A stretch of DNA of 52,616 nt, filler included, from Bipalium vagum (lineage: Eukaryota), in assembly GCA_037834085.1 (NCBI GenBank). It is 3 parts of 3 records of this genome, joined end to end, with 100 filler letters (N's around TTAATTAATTAA, not from the genome) between each part and the next. Parts side by side here need not be neighbours in the genome. Positions count along the whole stretch, not along the records: positions 37,009 to 52,616 come from JBBMKC010156366.1; 2 more parts are not named here. One strand, given 5' to 3'. The stretch's first letter is position 1; every line of letters starts with the position of its first letter. The notes beneath the pieces are model-generated. The model was not told where the DNA came from and made no database searches. It saw nothing but the letters and a program-made list of their open reading frames with translations. The position numbers and the translations under genes are program-made. Shown here one piece after another: positions 52,051 through 52,616 of this stretch.

Positions 52051-52440
52051 TTATTTGGATCTTCTTTAATTTTATCAGGAACTCATCCAAAAAATTCTCC
52101 ATCATTATTTTTATCAATTAATACAAAATGTGTTATAGAATTAAAAATTCCTAAATATTCAATTGTTTCTACTTCTGTTGATCCTACTTTTAAAATTGCA
52201 TTAGAAAATAAATAAGTAAAAAAGTTATTCTGTAATGTAATGTTTTCATCTGCTTTTATATTTGTTATTTCAATTTCAAAAACTAGAGTTGCTTCTGATA
52301 AATCCAAAGCATTTGCTGTTTGTAATAAATTAAAAGTTAAATTTCCATTTTTATTAAACTTTTTGCTGATGTTGGATTTATACAAATTTCTAAATGATCA
52401 CATTTTTTACTGTTAAATCTTGATGCTATGTATTTTATCT
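52050..52440 (-). pseudogene. Polinton/Maverick double-jelly-roll major capsid protein, N-terminal fragment
   Basis: ORF 52083-52385: NKNGNLTFNL...LDLSEATLVFEIEI...LQNNFFTYLFSNAILKVGSTEVETIEYLG, then G*(W)VPD. This matches the MCP pattern S.L...L.NN...LF......G..VE....G...GW. Confidence 0.7.
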
Positions 52441-52616
52441 ATACTGATGTGCAAATTTTTTGACAACAGTAAAAATGTCAATTTTTCTCAATGTAAAAAT
52501 TTTTTAAAATTTTTTTTCGCAAAATATGTCAAATAATGTTTTTCAACATTTCTAAATTAAAATTTTTATTTTTAGATTTTTATTTCAAAAATTGTATTTT
52601 TCAGGAGTGCATAATT

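Noticed and set aside
52083-52085. TGA at expected Trp positions in relics, suggesting a TGA=Trp genetic code
   Set aside because: The intact kinase and GPCR use TGG for Trp, and the relics also carry TAA/TAG stops and frameshifts. This is ordinary G-to-A decay.

Overview
Very AT-rich eukaryotic (animal-like, probably invertebrate) genomic DNA. It consists of three contigs joined by artificial 100-bp spacers (44 N + TTAATTAATTAA + 44 N at 19395-19494 and 36909-37008), so neighbourhood across those joins is not reliable. Only two intact host genes are visible, both essentially single-exon: a divergent PKA catalytic-subunit-like kinase (2694-3803, -) and a rhodopsin-class FMRFamide/sex-peptide-receptor-like GPCR (48773-50167, +). 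Most of the remainder is decayed mobile DNA: about 15 Tc1/mariner-superfamily copies (mariner DD34D, Tc1 DD34E, maT-like, DD41D, pogo-type MITEs), a Ty3/gypsy protease fragment and probable LINE/Penelope scraps. The most interesting signal is two relics of an endogenous Polinton/Maverick (adintovirus-like) DNA virus. One, at 18.3-19.3 kb, holds a pX/mu-like core-protein gene and a fibre-like motif. The other, at 51.5-52.4 kb, holds a major-capsid N-terminus fused head-on to an ATG-less reading frame resembling the protein-primed DNA polymerase N-terminus. I see no convincing intact novel multi-gene system. All family assignments come from motif recognition by eye; no searches were run.
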